Source: Nitrosopumilus sp. (GTDB lineage: Archaea; Thermoproteota; Nitrososphaeria; Nitrososphaerales; Nitrosopumilaceae). From it: a stretch of DNA of 56,328 nt. The DNA is taken from contig JABGZU010000084.1 of NCBI GenBank assembly GCA_018674605.1, positions 1 through 56,328 on the forward strand, given 5' to 3'. A program made the position numbers and the translations under genes. Under the pieces are notes generated by a model. That model saw nothing but the letters and a program-made list of their open reading frames with translations. It made no database searches and was not told the origin of the DNA. Shown here piece after piece: positions 8,849 to 17,937 of the stretch (within the stretch, counting starts at the first letter, position 1; every line of letters begins with the position of its first letter).

Positions 8849-10914
8849 TAACATCAATTGAATTAGGAGACTTTTTAGCACATTCAGAAACAAAAATAAA
8901 ATTCAAAGATGGAGTAACTATTTTTGTAGGAGATAACGGAGCAGGGAAATCAAGTATCATTGATGCAATTACATTTTCACTATTTGGACAACATACAAGA
9001 AAATCTAATAAAGGATTAATCAGACGAGGAGCAAACCAAGGATTTACAAAAATAAAATTCACCATAAATGGTAAACAGTATGAAACAGTAAGAAAAATAG
9101 ACAGTAAGGGGAGTTTAGCTGCAACATTTTCTGAAATAACAAACAATGAACGAGTAGAAATTGCTGCAGGGGAGAGAAAACAATTTGGAGAATCAATGAC
9201 AGAGCAAGTGGAAAAAATAATAGGGATGGATTTTGAAAAATTAAAAATAGCATCAATTGTGCAACAAGGGGAATTGAATTCAATAATTAATGCAAAACCA
9301 AAAGAATTCAAAGAATTACTAAATGCCATAATTGGAATAGATAAATTGGATGTGGCATCAGAATCTATGAAAAAAGTTACAAAAGAATTTCGTGAAAAAA
9401 TAAGAACGGATTTAGGATATGATGATACTCACATAGAAATTTTAGAGAGAGATTTTGAAAAATATCAACAAGACATTAAAGAAGCAGAGCCTGAAAAAAA
9501 TCAACTAGAATTAAAACAAAAAGAAATACAAGAAGAACTAAAAACATTACAAAAAGAATTAGAAATTGAAACACCAAAAATTGATAAAATTAAACAATTA
9601 GAATTAAGGAAAAATGAGCTTTTAACATATGTAAAAGACACAATTGAAGAGATTCGACAACAAATTAGTGAAAATGAGCATAAAATACGGGATTGTAAAG
9701 GTTGTTTTGAGGAAATTAAATTAAAAGGGAATTTTGAGATAAAAATTCAAAAAATAGAAGAAGCAGTAGAAGAAACATTAAAGAAAATCCAAGAAATGTC
9801 AAGTCAAATTGCATCTTTAAAAGAAAAACAAATCCTAGCATCAAAATTACAATTAAAAGATAACAAATGCCCAGTATGTGATTCAACTGTTGAAAAATTA
9901 AATCCATTTTTTCAAGAGGAGCATATCAAAGATGAGATAAACAGGTTACAAGGAGATATCAAATTAAAAGAAAAAGAAAGAGACATGTATAGTCAAAAAA
10001 GAAAAGAATTTTTAGAAAAAGTACAAAAGACACGGGATGCAGAAGCTACACTGAGAGCACATTCAATTAATAATGAAGAAGAAGTAATAAAAATTCAAAA
10101 AGAAACACAAATTCAAAAAGAAAAATTACCATTGTTAAATAATAATAATTTAAAACAAATATCACAAATAGATAATCATGCAGAATTAATTTTTCAGAAT
10201 ATATCAAAATTAGAAGTAGAAACAAAAGGATTTAATGAAAAAGAATTTTTGAATCTTAAAAAAACAATAATAGAAAAACAAACAATTGTATCTCAAATTG
10301 ATCAACAAATGGGGGGAGTTTTAGAGAAAATAGATAAAGCTAAAAAACAAATAGAAACAATTCAAAAATCAATTTTAGAACTTAAAAAAGTTAAAGAATA
10401 TATTTTAAGATTAGATAAAATCCAGATGAATATTTTTAGTAGAGATGGATCTGTTGCAACAAGTTTAAGATCATGGGCATTAAATTCAATTTCAGTTAAA
10501 GCCTCGGAATATTTATCATACCTAAATACAAAAATTCAAAGAATTGCATTATCAGAAAAATCTAGAGATGTATCCATTGCATGTTATTCAAAAACAGAAG
10601 TTTTGGAATTAGAATCTCTAAGTGGAGGGGAAAAAGTGAGCGTAGCATTAGCATTACGACTAGGAATGGCAAGTTTACTAGGCTCATCAAATCTAAATTT
10701 AATGATATTAGATGAACCTACAACACATCTTGATGCTGAAAGGAAAAAATCATTGGTCAGAGTACTGTCTCAACTATCAGAAATTTCAAATTCACAATCA
10801 CCAATGCAATTTTTAATTATTACACATGATGCAGAAATATTTGAAGATTCAAATGTTGAACAAATTTACAAGTTTGAATCTAGTGATGAAGGTAGTAAAG
10901 TTATTGAGATTTAA
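8845..10914 (+). CDS. rad50: Rad50 SMC-like ATPase
   Basis: Walker A GDNGAGKSS, Q-loop, coiled coil with central CPVC hook, LSGGE signature, LDEPT, ITHD. Confidence 0.93.
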   Translation: MITSIELGDFLAHSETKIKFKDGVTIFVGDNGAGKSSIIDAITFSLFGQHTRKSNKGLIRRGANQGFTKIKFTINGKQYETVRKIDSKGSLAATFSEITNNERVEIAAGERKQFGESMTEQVEKIIGMDFEKLKIASIVQQGELNSIINAKPKEFKELLNAIIGIDKLDVASESMKKVTKEFREKIRTDLGYDDTHIEILERDFEKYQQDIKEAEPEKNQLELKQKEIQEELKTLQKELEIETPKIDKIKQLELRKNELLTYVKDTIEEIRQQISENEHKIRDCKGCFEEIKLKGNFEIKIQKIEEAVEETLKKIQEMSSQIASLKEKQILASKLQLKDNKCPVCDSTVEKLNPFFQEEHIKDEINRLQGDIKLKEKERDMYSQKRKEFLEKVQKTRDAEATLRAHSINNEEEVIKIQKETQIQKEKLPLLNNNNLKQISQIDNHAELIFQNISKLEVETKGFNEKEFLNLKKTIIEKQTIVSQIDQQMGGVLEKIDKAKKQIETIQKSILELKKVKEYILRLDKIQMNIFSRDGSVATSLRSWALNSISVKASEYLSYLNTKIQRIALSEKSRDVSIACYSKTEVLELESLSGGEKVSVALALRLGMASLLGSSNLNLMILDEPTTHLDAERKKSLVRVLSQLSEISNSQSPMQFLIITHDAEIFEDSNVEQIYKFESSDEGSKVIEI

Positions 10915-11449
10915 GAGATAATTCTACTTTAGTTAACATAAATTTTAAGAATTCAGATAATGATTTCTCACCATCATATTTCAAATTCCATCTCTTTACA
11001 AGTTGATCATAAAATACCCATTCAGATTCATCTTTTTTGAGATGAGGTATCATCATTTCCTTAAATCCAATAAGATCCCAATCAGTAGGACACATAATAT
11101 CACTCATCTGAGACAATTTTTCATCTTTCATTTCAAATGGATATGATTTGCATACACCTGGTTTGAAATCATTAACTGTACATCTATAGACGTCATCAGT
11201 TTCTTCAAGAAATTCACATGCATTATTTTTTTGTTTCAAAGCAAGATCCACCAAACCTTCTTCAACTTTAATTCCAAGAGAATAGTCTTTTGCACCAATT
11301 AATTGTAAAAAGATTTCAGGTTTTAAATTCAAACCATTTGAAAGACGATAGACATCATGAGCATTTACAAAAATAGTATATTCCTTACAACAATCAGTAT
11401 GACAATCAACACAAGGAAATTTAGGAGGATTACTAACTAGAAACGTCAT
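10901..11449 (-). CDS. YkgJ-family cysteine-cluster (putative Fe-S/Zn) protein
   Basis: CVDCHTDCC...ACEFL...CTVNDFKPGVCKSYPF...CP pattern. Confidence 0.85.
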   Translation of the reverse strand: MTFLVSNPPKFPCVDCHTDCCKEYTIFVNAHDVYRLSNGLNLKPEIFLQLIGAKDYSLGIKVEEGLVDLALKQKNNACEFLEETDDVYRCTVNDFKPGVCKSYPFEMKDEKLSQMSDIMCPTDWDLIGFKEMMIPHLKKDESEWVFYDQLVKRWNLKYDGEKSLSEFLKFMLTKVELSLKSQ

Positions 11450-11489
11450 AAATTATAAAATAAATTTCAAGTATTAAATGTGTAAAAAA

Positions 11490-12299
11490 TTATTCTACGA
11501 TAATCGTTCCTTGCATCCAAGTGTGGAGTAAACAATAGTAAGGTACTTCACCTGAATTTTCTGGAATCCATTCAAAAGAATCATCTGCACTCATAATACC
11601 AGTATCAAATGTTCCACTTGGAGAAGGAGTAAATCCATCAACACTTCCGGCTGTAAAAGAATGCATTGCTGCAGCTGAATCAGAATTAATCATGTTTACT
11701 ACATCACCAACACTTACGGTAACAACACTAGGAGTGTAACAATCCAAAGATGCTTGGCAATCCATACTCATACCAGAATTATCTGAAGTTTTAATTTCAG
11801 TACTTGTTGCAATTGGGGGTGATACTACAGGAGTAATAGTAAATACAGTTTCAATACCTTTAGGTCCAAAAATATCATCACCATGTCCTAAACCTTGAAC
11901 AATAACTTGAATTTCAACTAAAGAATCATTTAGTGGAGTACTTTCATGGACAGGGTATTTTCCAGGATGACGATGTGATGCAGGATCTGAAAGAATGGAA
12001 TCAGAATCCTGAGTAGCAAAAATATCATAATTCACATGATCAACAATATTTCCAGCATCATCTCTAAACTCAACTTCAAGAACTAAAGCACCATCCACAT
12101 TACTAGCACTTGTTAAAAGACTAGGATTGACTGAAAGTTGATTTAGTTCTTTTTCAATTTGAGTAATTTTATTTTCAGAAGTTTCAATAATTCGTGGTTC
12201 AATGATATCATTTGGTTCAGCAATAATTAAAGCCAAAGATATTGCTACAAGAATGCCCACAACTGCAATTACACCATATGAAAAATTCATCTCATCCAC
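11490..12299 (-). CDS. Membrane-anchored blue (type-1) copper protein, plastocyanin/azurin-like C-terminal domain
   Basis: N-terminal TM helix; MHSFT and YYCLLHTWMQG give the His/Cys/His/Met T1 Cu ligands. Confidence 0.9.
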   Translation of the reverse strand: MDEMNFSYGVIAVVGILVAISLALIIAEPNDIIEPRIIETSENKITQIEKELNQLSVNPSLLTSASNVDGALVLEVEFRDDAGNIVDHVNYDIFATQDSDSILSDPASHRHPGKYPVHESTPLNDSLVEIQVIVQGLGHGDDIFGPKGIETVFTITPVVSPPIATSTEIKTSDNSGMSMDCQASLDCYTPSVVTVSVGDVVNMINSDSAAAMHSFTAGSVDGFTPSPSGTFDTGIMSADDSFEWIPENSGEVPYYCLLHTWMQGTIIVE

Positions 12300-12780
12300 C
12301 TGTTAATTTAGCAAATTTTTCGTTCTTACTTAAAGTTTCCATAAATTCAATATTAGATAAAGCAACAACTGCAGATTCTACAACGGGTTTATCTGGATCA
12401 TTTAGTGCTTTTTGTAAAGCTTCTTTTGCATCTTTGTTTCCAACCACGCCCAAAGCAATTGCAGCTTCATGACGAACAAACATGCTAGAATCATTCAAAG
12501 TAGAATCAATTAGAGGCGGAATAGCAGAAGAATAGGACATTTGACCTAATGAAAAAGCAGCTTCATGACGAACTAATTCATTCTCATCATTTTTCAAAAC
12601 TTTGGCAATATGAGGAATTTTATCTTCACCTCCAAAGTCAACTAAAATGCAAGTAGCCCTAGTTCGGACTACATAATCATGATGATTCAATAAAGAAACA
12701 AAATATTCAGTATCAGCGTTTTCATACTTTAATTCCATTTCTGCAAAAAGTGCCAATCGTTCATCAGTTACTGCTTGCAA
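12292..12780 (-). CDS. HEAT/PBS-lyase repeat protein, deoxyhypusine-hydroxylase-like half domain
   Basis: VRHEAAFSLGQM and VRHEAAIALG repeats; TTG start; overlaps the cupredoxin start by 8 nt. Confidence 0.85.
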   Translation of the reverse strand: MQAVTDERLALFAEMELKYENADTEYFVSLLNHHDYVVRTRATCILVDFGGEDKIPHIAKVLKNDENELVRHEAAFSLGQMSYSSAIPPLIDSTLNDSSMFVRHEAAIALGVVGNKDAKEALQKALNDPDKPVVESAVVALSNIEFMETLSKNEKFAKLTGG

Positions 12781-12878
12781 TACACTTGAAAAATTTCTGC
12801 GTCATATATTATTCTACTTAAAAAAAATTAAAAATTTGTAGAGATATGTATTTATCAGAAAAAATTTGACTTTATAAT

Positions 12879-13544
12879 GTGACTACAAAAATAGGTGAAA
12901 AAGTACCAAATTTTGGTGTTTCAGAATGGGTGCAAGGCGCACCAACAAATTTTGATCAAGAAAAAGATCACATTGTATTATTAGAAGTATTTCAAGTAAA
13001 TTGTCCAGGATGTTTCATGGGTGCAATTCCAGATGCAATTAAAATTTATGAAAAATACAAAGACGAGGGAGTAAGAGTGTTAGGTCTTGCAACAGCATTT
13101 GAAGATTTTGATAAAAATAATTTGGATAATTTGAAAATGCTTGTAGAAACAGGAGAAGTAGTGGGTGAAACAAAAAGTGCATTATCACAATATGGTCAAT
13201 TACAAGAAGGAAACAAATTATCTTTTAAAATTCCATTTCCAGTAGGAATGGATAATTTAACAAAAAGTGCAGGTGAAATAACTCAAGAAAAAATACTAGA
13301 ATTTATCCATCCACAAATTCCAGAATTTGATTCACAACCAGAAGAATATAGAAATCAAATAATCCAAAGAGTCAAAGATCATATGAAATCAAAAGAATAT
13401 TCTGCAGAAACATTTGAGAATTTTTCACTACAAGGTACACCATCAACAATTCTAGTAGATAGAAAAGGAATTCTAAGAGACGTATCATTTGGTCAAACAG
13501 GACATATTGATGGAATGATTCAAAGATTACTTAAGGAAGATTAA
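12879..13544 (+). CDS. Thioredoxin-fold redoxin (TlpA/AhpC-like) with large insertion
   Basis: FQVNCPGC active site, GTPSTILVDRKG cis-Pro loop. Confidence 0.85.
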   Translation: MTTKIGEKVPNFGVSEWVQGAPTNFDQEKDHIVLLEVFQVNCPGCFMGAIPDAIKIYEKYKDEGVRVLGLATAFEDFDKNNLDNLKMLVETGEVVGETKSALSQYGQLQEGNKLSFKIPFPVGMDNLTKSAGEITQEKILEFIHPQIPEFDSQPEEYRNQIIQRVKDHMKSKEYSAETFENFSLQGTPSTILVDRKGILRDVSFGQTGHIDGMIQRLLKED

Positions 13545-13545
13545 A

Positions 13546-14115
13546 TTAATTTTTATTTTTTTGAATTTTAATTATGACATATGCCACAACAATAATCAAG
13601 ATTCCTCCCAAAATTAACCAAACAAAATAACCACTAGAAAATATTTCAGGTAATTCTTCTAAATTAGTTTCAGATGATTTTTGGGGGTCAGATTCAAAAG
13701 GTATTTCAATTAAACCAACAAGATATTCAGAACCAATAATTTTTACAACATTAGTTCCAGAACCAGTAAAATTCAGAGTAACAAAATTAATTTTTTCATT
13801 AGATTGAATTTTTGGGAAAAATTCCTGTTCGTTGAGATAAAAAGTGAAATCTCCAGTTAAAAGATTTTGAGGTATTATAATTTCACCCAAATTATTTTCT
13901 AGTCCACTATCAAGATAAAGAATAATTTGTTTTTGATCCTTGTCAAAAGTGAAATCAGTAAGATCAAAATTAGAAGTTAATTTTACTTCAAAAGAATAAC
14001 CAGAAGTTTGTACATCAAGTCGATTTACAAGTCCAGTTGCATCAGATAATAATTGTCCATGTACAGGAGTAATTACAAAAAATAATACAACTAAAATTAT
14101 AAGAATTGATTTCAA
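13546..14115 (-). CDS. Exported, C-terminally membrane-anchored hypothetical protein
   Basis: Signal peptide (PVHG^Q), beta-rich domain ending VVKIIGS, C-terminal TM helix plus basic tail. Confidence 0.8.
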   Translation of the reverse strand: MKSILIILVVLFFVITPVHGQLLSDATGLVNRLDVQTSGYSFEVKLTSNFDLTDFTFDKDQKQIILYLDSGLENNLGEIIIPQNLLTGDFTFYLNEQEFFPKIQSNEKINFVTLNFTGSGTNVVKIIGSEYLVGLIEIPFESDPQKSSETNLEELPEIFSSGYFVWLILGGILIIVVAYVIIKIQKNKN

Positions 14116-14116
14116 T

Positions 14117-14572
14117 CTATGCAGATTGTGGAACTCGTTTGTTTAATTCTTTATCCTGCGCAATTCTAGGATGTGATGGGTCTGCTAAAATAACTTCAAA
14201 CCAATAGTGTTTTCCATCTTTATAGATATAGTAAGAACCTAAAAGTTTCATGTTAGGATAACGTTCAAGAACTCTTCTTTCTGCAACAGTCTTCATATCA
14301 TCATCAGCTTTAATTCTAGTAACACCAAGATGTTTTGGTCTTCTACCACCTGTTGGTCTTTGTTTTCTCATACCACCAGTTCCGACCCTCATTCTAACAA
14401 CAACAATACCTTGTTTTGCTTTGTATCCTAATCTTCTAGCCCGTTGTAGTCTACTTGGTTTATCAATACGAGTAATTGCATTTTGTTTACGCCATCCAAC
14501 TACTCGTTCACGTAATTCTGGTGCATTTTCTTTCCAGAGTCGGATCCATGTTTGGTCTTGATAACTAGGCAT
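14117..14572 (-). CDS. rpl15e: 50S ribosomal protein L15e (start moved to ATG at 14572)
   Basis: RARRLGYKAKQG, VAERRV, LLGSYYIYKDGKHYWFEVILADPSHP; TATA-like element about 22 nt upstream of 14572. Confidence 0.96.
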   Translation of the reverse strand: MPSYQDQTWIRLWKENAPELRERVVGWRKQNAITRIDKPSRLQRARRLGYKAKQGIVVVRMRVGTGGMRKQRPTGGRRPKHLGVTRIKADDDMKTVAERRVLERYPNMKLLGSYYIYKDGKHYWFEVILADPSHPRIAQDKELNKRVPQSA

Positions 14573-14700
14573 ATCGAGAATAATAAAATCCCCTTTAATA
14601 ACTGATTTCAGAGATATTTTAAGATAATTTAGCATGAAATATTACAATATAAAGAAAATTCTTGAAAACTAAATAATTATACAATGTGATAAAATATCTA

Positions 14701-14800
14701 AGCAGCGCTAATCAGTAAAAAATGTCTTGAGCGATGAATTATAATCATCAACTCGAAGATATGCTTCCGCAGAAAACGCTATGAATTGAATAATGTCGAG
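14701..14800. ncRNA. Candidate structured non-coding RNA
   Basis: GC-enriched intergenic island with a long imperfect hairpin (14723-14761) and no ORF; see findings. Confidence 0.3.
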
Positions 14801-14864
14801 GGATTAAAAAAGATTTCCAGATACAAATTTCAGATTTTTATTGATGAAATAAGATGTTGAATTA

Positions 14865-15521
14865 ATGATATCAAATAAAGTGGTATTTTTTATGATATTA
14901 ATCGGAAGTACAGGTATTTCAGGATCAGCATATGCGGAACCAACAGTTACAATTGAAATGGATAAAACAATCTACACATATTGTGAGAGATTATTTTATA
15001 CAATTGAAGTCTCAGAAATTACAGGTGATCCTGCAATAATTCACATCAGAGATGAAACTGGAAAAGGTAGCAGTGCAATTCCAATTGAAATTAAAAATTT
15101 AATAAATCCAGTTCCATCACTAATGGCTTTTGAAAAAGAAGTATTTCCATTAGGAAAATATTTTGTGGATGTAGAGTATTCAAATTCTAAATTTACAGCA
15201 GAGTTTGAATTAATAGATTCAAACAATATTTGTATTCCAAATTCTATTTCAAAATTTTTAGTAGAATGGTTAACTGGAAAAATATCAGATGGTTATCTAA
15301 TTGATGCATTTCAAAAATATGTAGATCCAAAATTAATTTCTATTCCATTTGAAATTAATGGAGAAAACATTCATCAGATAGACATACCTGAATGGACCAA
15401 AAATATAACATACTGGTGGATTCAAGGAGGAATTTCAGATAATGAGTTTGCTCAAATTATTAATTATTTAATAGAAGAGAACATCATATCGCCAAACATA
15501 AAAAATGTGAGTGAAATATGA
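14865..15521 (+). CDS. Exported protein with thaumarchaeal Trp-rich C-terminal domain
   Basis: Signal peptide SAYA^E; C-terminal IPEWTKNITYWWIQGGISDNEFAQIINYLIEENII plus a degenerate upstream copy. Confidence 0.8.
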   Translation: MISNKVVFFMILIGSTGISGSAYAEPTVTIEMDKTIYTYCERLFYTIEVSEITGDPAIIHIRDETGKGSSAIPIEIKNLINPVPSLMAFEKEVFPLGKYFVDVEYSNSKFTAEFELIDSNNICIPNSISKFLVEWLTGKISDGYLIDAFQKYVDPKLISIPFEINGENIHQIDIPEWTKNITYWWIQGGISDNEFAQIINYLIEENIISPNIKNVSEI

Positions 15522-16033
15522 ATAAACATTCAATCATAACAATAATTGCAATTATTGTAATAATAATTCCAATGACATATTCTGTTTCAAATATTGTAGG
15601 AGTACAGCAATTAGAGTATAGATGGGATAGTCCAGGAGAATTTTCGTTCTTTGCAATGTTAAATGGGGGGGAAATGGAATTTTGCAACACCATTCCATTT
15701 TGGATGAATTTACAAAAATTTGAAGTATTAACATTTTATCAATCAGAACATCTAGGTTCATTTACAGTAAATCCAACAATAATTAATCCATATTCTTCTA
15801 TAATTAATGAAGGAGTATTCAAATCTGAAGAGATGTCAGAAGCACAACATATTTTCATGACATTTGATTTTGAATTTAATGGCGGCAACATCAGACTTGA
15901 TCCAAATCAATTCATCATAACAATCAACACAGAAACACCAATTCTAGGAATAATTCCATATTCATCAACTACTCAGATATCAGGATTTGAGTTTGATAAA
16001 TTAATGAATTCTGAAGACTTGATGTGTAACTAA
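15518..16033 (+). CDS. Membrane-anchored hypothetical protein
   Basis: N-terminal TM helix; ATGA overlap with upstream gene; normal codon usage. Confidence 0.75.
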   Translation: MNKHSIITIIAIIVIIIPMTYSVSNIVGVQQLEYRWDSPGEFSFFAMLNGGEMEFCNTIPFWMNLQKFEVLTFYQSEHLGSFTVNPTIINPYSSIINEGVFKSEEMSEAQHIFMTFDFEFNGGNIRLDPNQFIITINTETPILGIIPYSSTTQISGFEFDKLMNSEDLMCN

Positions 16034-16767
16034 TTATTATTTTTATTAGCTTTTGACATTAGTCCCAAGATAATTCCAATAATACCTGCAATTACAAGTG
16101 CAACAACCATCCCAATAATCAATTCTTTACTCATTGATTTAGAAACAGTAGTTGACTTTACAGATGATTCTTCCACAATACATTCTCCATCTACAAGAAC
16201 AGTACCAGAACCACATCGTTCATCTAATACACACATATTATTTTTTAGAATAGTTCCAAGACCACATGAATTATCAAACATACTTTCAACAATTGGTTCT
16301 TCAACAATTGGTTCTTCAACAATTTGTTCTTCAACAATTGGTTCTTCAACTAGTACAAATTCAAATGATTTAGAATTATCAAATACAGAACCAATGATTT
16401 CTAACTCTTCAGTTCCAGATGGTACCTTAATACTCAAGGATCTACTTTGAGAAGTTGTTTTAATTTCTTCAGAAATTGCTTCATCACCATCAGCTAAAAT
16501 AAAGAAAAGATCATCATCACCATCATAAATAGAGTCAAAAAATGTACGTTCAAATGTTACATCCAATGTTCCAGTTAAATCAACAACATCAACTGAGAAA
16601 ATCAAAGACATAGATTCAGTATCAGATTCAATTTCAGTTACAGATAATCCTGTGGAAGCATATTGAACATCAAAAGAATTCCCATCAACATTTACAGGAA
16701 TAGTTTCAGCATAAACAAGAGCTGTAGAGATAATAGTAAAAAAGACCAATCCAAGTGAAAGTTTCAT
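16030..16767 (-). CDS. Exported, C-terminally anchored surface protein with EEPIV linker and Cys-Gly repeats (start moved to ATG at 16767)
   Basis: Signal peptide LVYA^E, domain ending ELEIIGS, CGxGT...C repeat x2, C-terminal TM. Confidence 0.8.
   Translation of the reverse strand: MKLSLGLVFFTIISTALVYAETIPVNVDGNSFDVQYASTGLSVTEIESDTESMSLIFSVDVVDLTGTLDVTFERTFFDSIYDGDDDLFFILADGDEAISEEIKTTSQSRSLSIKVPSGTEELEIIGSVFDNSKSFEFVLVEEPIVEEQIVEEPIVEEPIVESMFDNSCGLGTILKNNMCVLDERCGSGTVLVDGECIVEESSVKSTTVSKSMSKELIIGMVVALVIAGIIGIILGLMSKANKNNN
16285..16350. repeat. 15-bp coding tandem repeat (about 4.4 copies, VEEPI)
   Basis: ttcaacaattggttc repeated; one copy has a g>t change. Confidence 0.95.
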
Positions 16768-16939
16768 TAGTGAATTTAGATTTGGAAAATGTATTAATTG
16801 ATTATATTGAAAACTAGCCATATTTTTATTCTCTAACACGAATTTTAATCTCAAAAAAGGTCTTAAAAACAATGAGCCGATAATTAATCACGTACAAGTC
16901 AATTTTTTTGCGTGTTTTTAAGATTCAAGCAGAATTAAT

Positions 16940-17872
16940 CTAAACTACACCACGTAAAATCTGAATAATTTTTTCACCAATTACATTTGCAGCTAAAGAT
17001 TGGGCCTCTTTGGTTTGTGCACCAATATGAGGGGTTAAAATTACATTATCAAGTTCTGCCAATTTATTTCCAATAGCAGGTTCTTTTTCAAATACATCTA
17101 AAGCAGCACCACCCAATGCACCATTTTTAATTGCTTCATACAAGGCACCTTCATCAACCACACCACCTCTAGAAGTATTGATAATTTTTGCAGTTTTTTT
17201 CATAGTTGACATTTTTTGTGCATCTAAAAGATGGTAAGTAGAGTCTAAAAGTGGAACATGAATTGAAATATAATCAGAACTTTGTAAAAGAGTATTCAAA
17301 TCAGCTTTCATCAAGCCAACTTCTTTTGCAAATTCTTCATCAATTGGCATCACATCATAACCAATAATATTCATATTAAGTGCACGAGCAAGTCGTCCTA
17401 GTCTTTTCCCAATATTACCTAAACCAATAATTCCCAAATATTTTCCACGTAATTCTGTTCCTTTAAGTTCTTTTTTGAGCCATTTTCCATTTCTTATTGC
17501 TCTATCACCCCTACCAGTTTGTCTTGCAAGGGATAGCATCAATCCTAAAACTAATTCAGCAACAGCATTCATTGCACCTTCTACAGCATTAATTACACGA
17601 ATGTTTTTGATTTTAGCTGCTTCTTGATCAACATTATCTAATCCAACACCAACACGTGCAATAATTTTACAATTATCAGCTTTGTCAATCATTTCTTTTG
17701 TTATGGTTGTTCTACTTCTAACAATAATGATATTGAAATTAGAAATTTTTTCTAGTATTTGTTCAGGTGTAATTTCAGGTTCATAAGAAATTTTTAGTCC
17801 ATTATCTGCTAAGATCTTATTTAAAACAGGATCTACTTCATCACAAATTAAAACAGAATCTTCAAAAGTCAT
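16940..17872 (-). CDS. serA: D-isomer 2-hydroxyacid dehydrogenase (phosphoglycerate dehydrogenase-like, no ACT domain)
   Basis: RVGVGLDNVD, GLGNIG, INTSRGGVVDE, ALDVFEKEP, TPHIGAQT. Confidence 0.85.
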   Translation of the reverse strand: MTFEDSVLICDEVDPVLNKILADNGLKISYEPEITPEQILEKISNFNIIIVRSRTTITKEMIDKADNCKIIARVGVGLDNVDQEAAKIKNIRVINAVEGAMNAVAELVLGLMLSLARQTGRGDRAIRNGKWLKKELKGTELRGKYLGIIGLGNIGKRLGRLARALNMNIIGYDVMPIDEEFAKEVGLMKADLNTLLQSSDYISIHVPLLDSTYHLLDAQKMSTMKKTAKIINTSRGGVVDEGALYEAIKNGALGGAALDVFEKEPAIGNKLAELDNVILTPHIGAQTKEAQSLAANVIGEKIIQILRGVV

Positions 17873-17937
17873 ATTGAAACAAAATGAAATGCAGCATATA
17901 ATTCATTAAAAATAAAAAAAATAAAAAAATAAATTGT

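Noticed and set aside
5341-10914. nurA-herA-mre11-rad50 as a defence system (HerA/SMC-type)
   Set aside because: This is the canonical archaeal double-strand-break repair operon, in housekeeping context
14573-14635. 21-aa N-terminal extension of L15e in the ORF track
   Set aside because: L15e homology begins at MPSY (14572) and a TATA-like element lies within the extension
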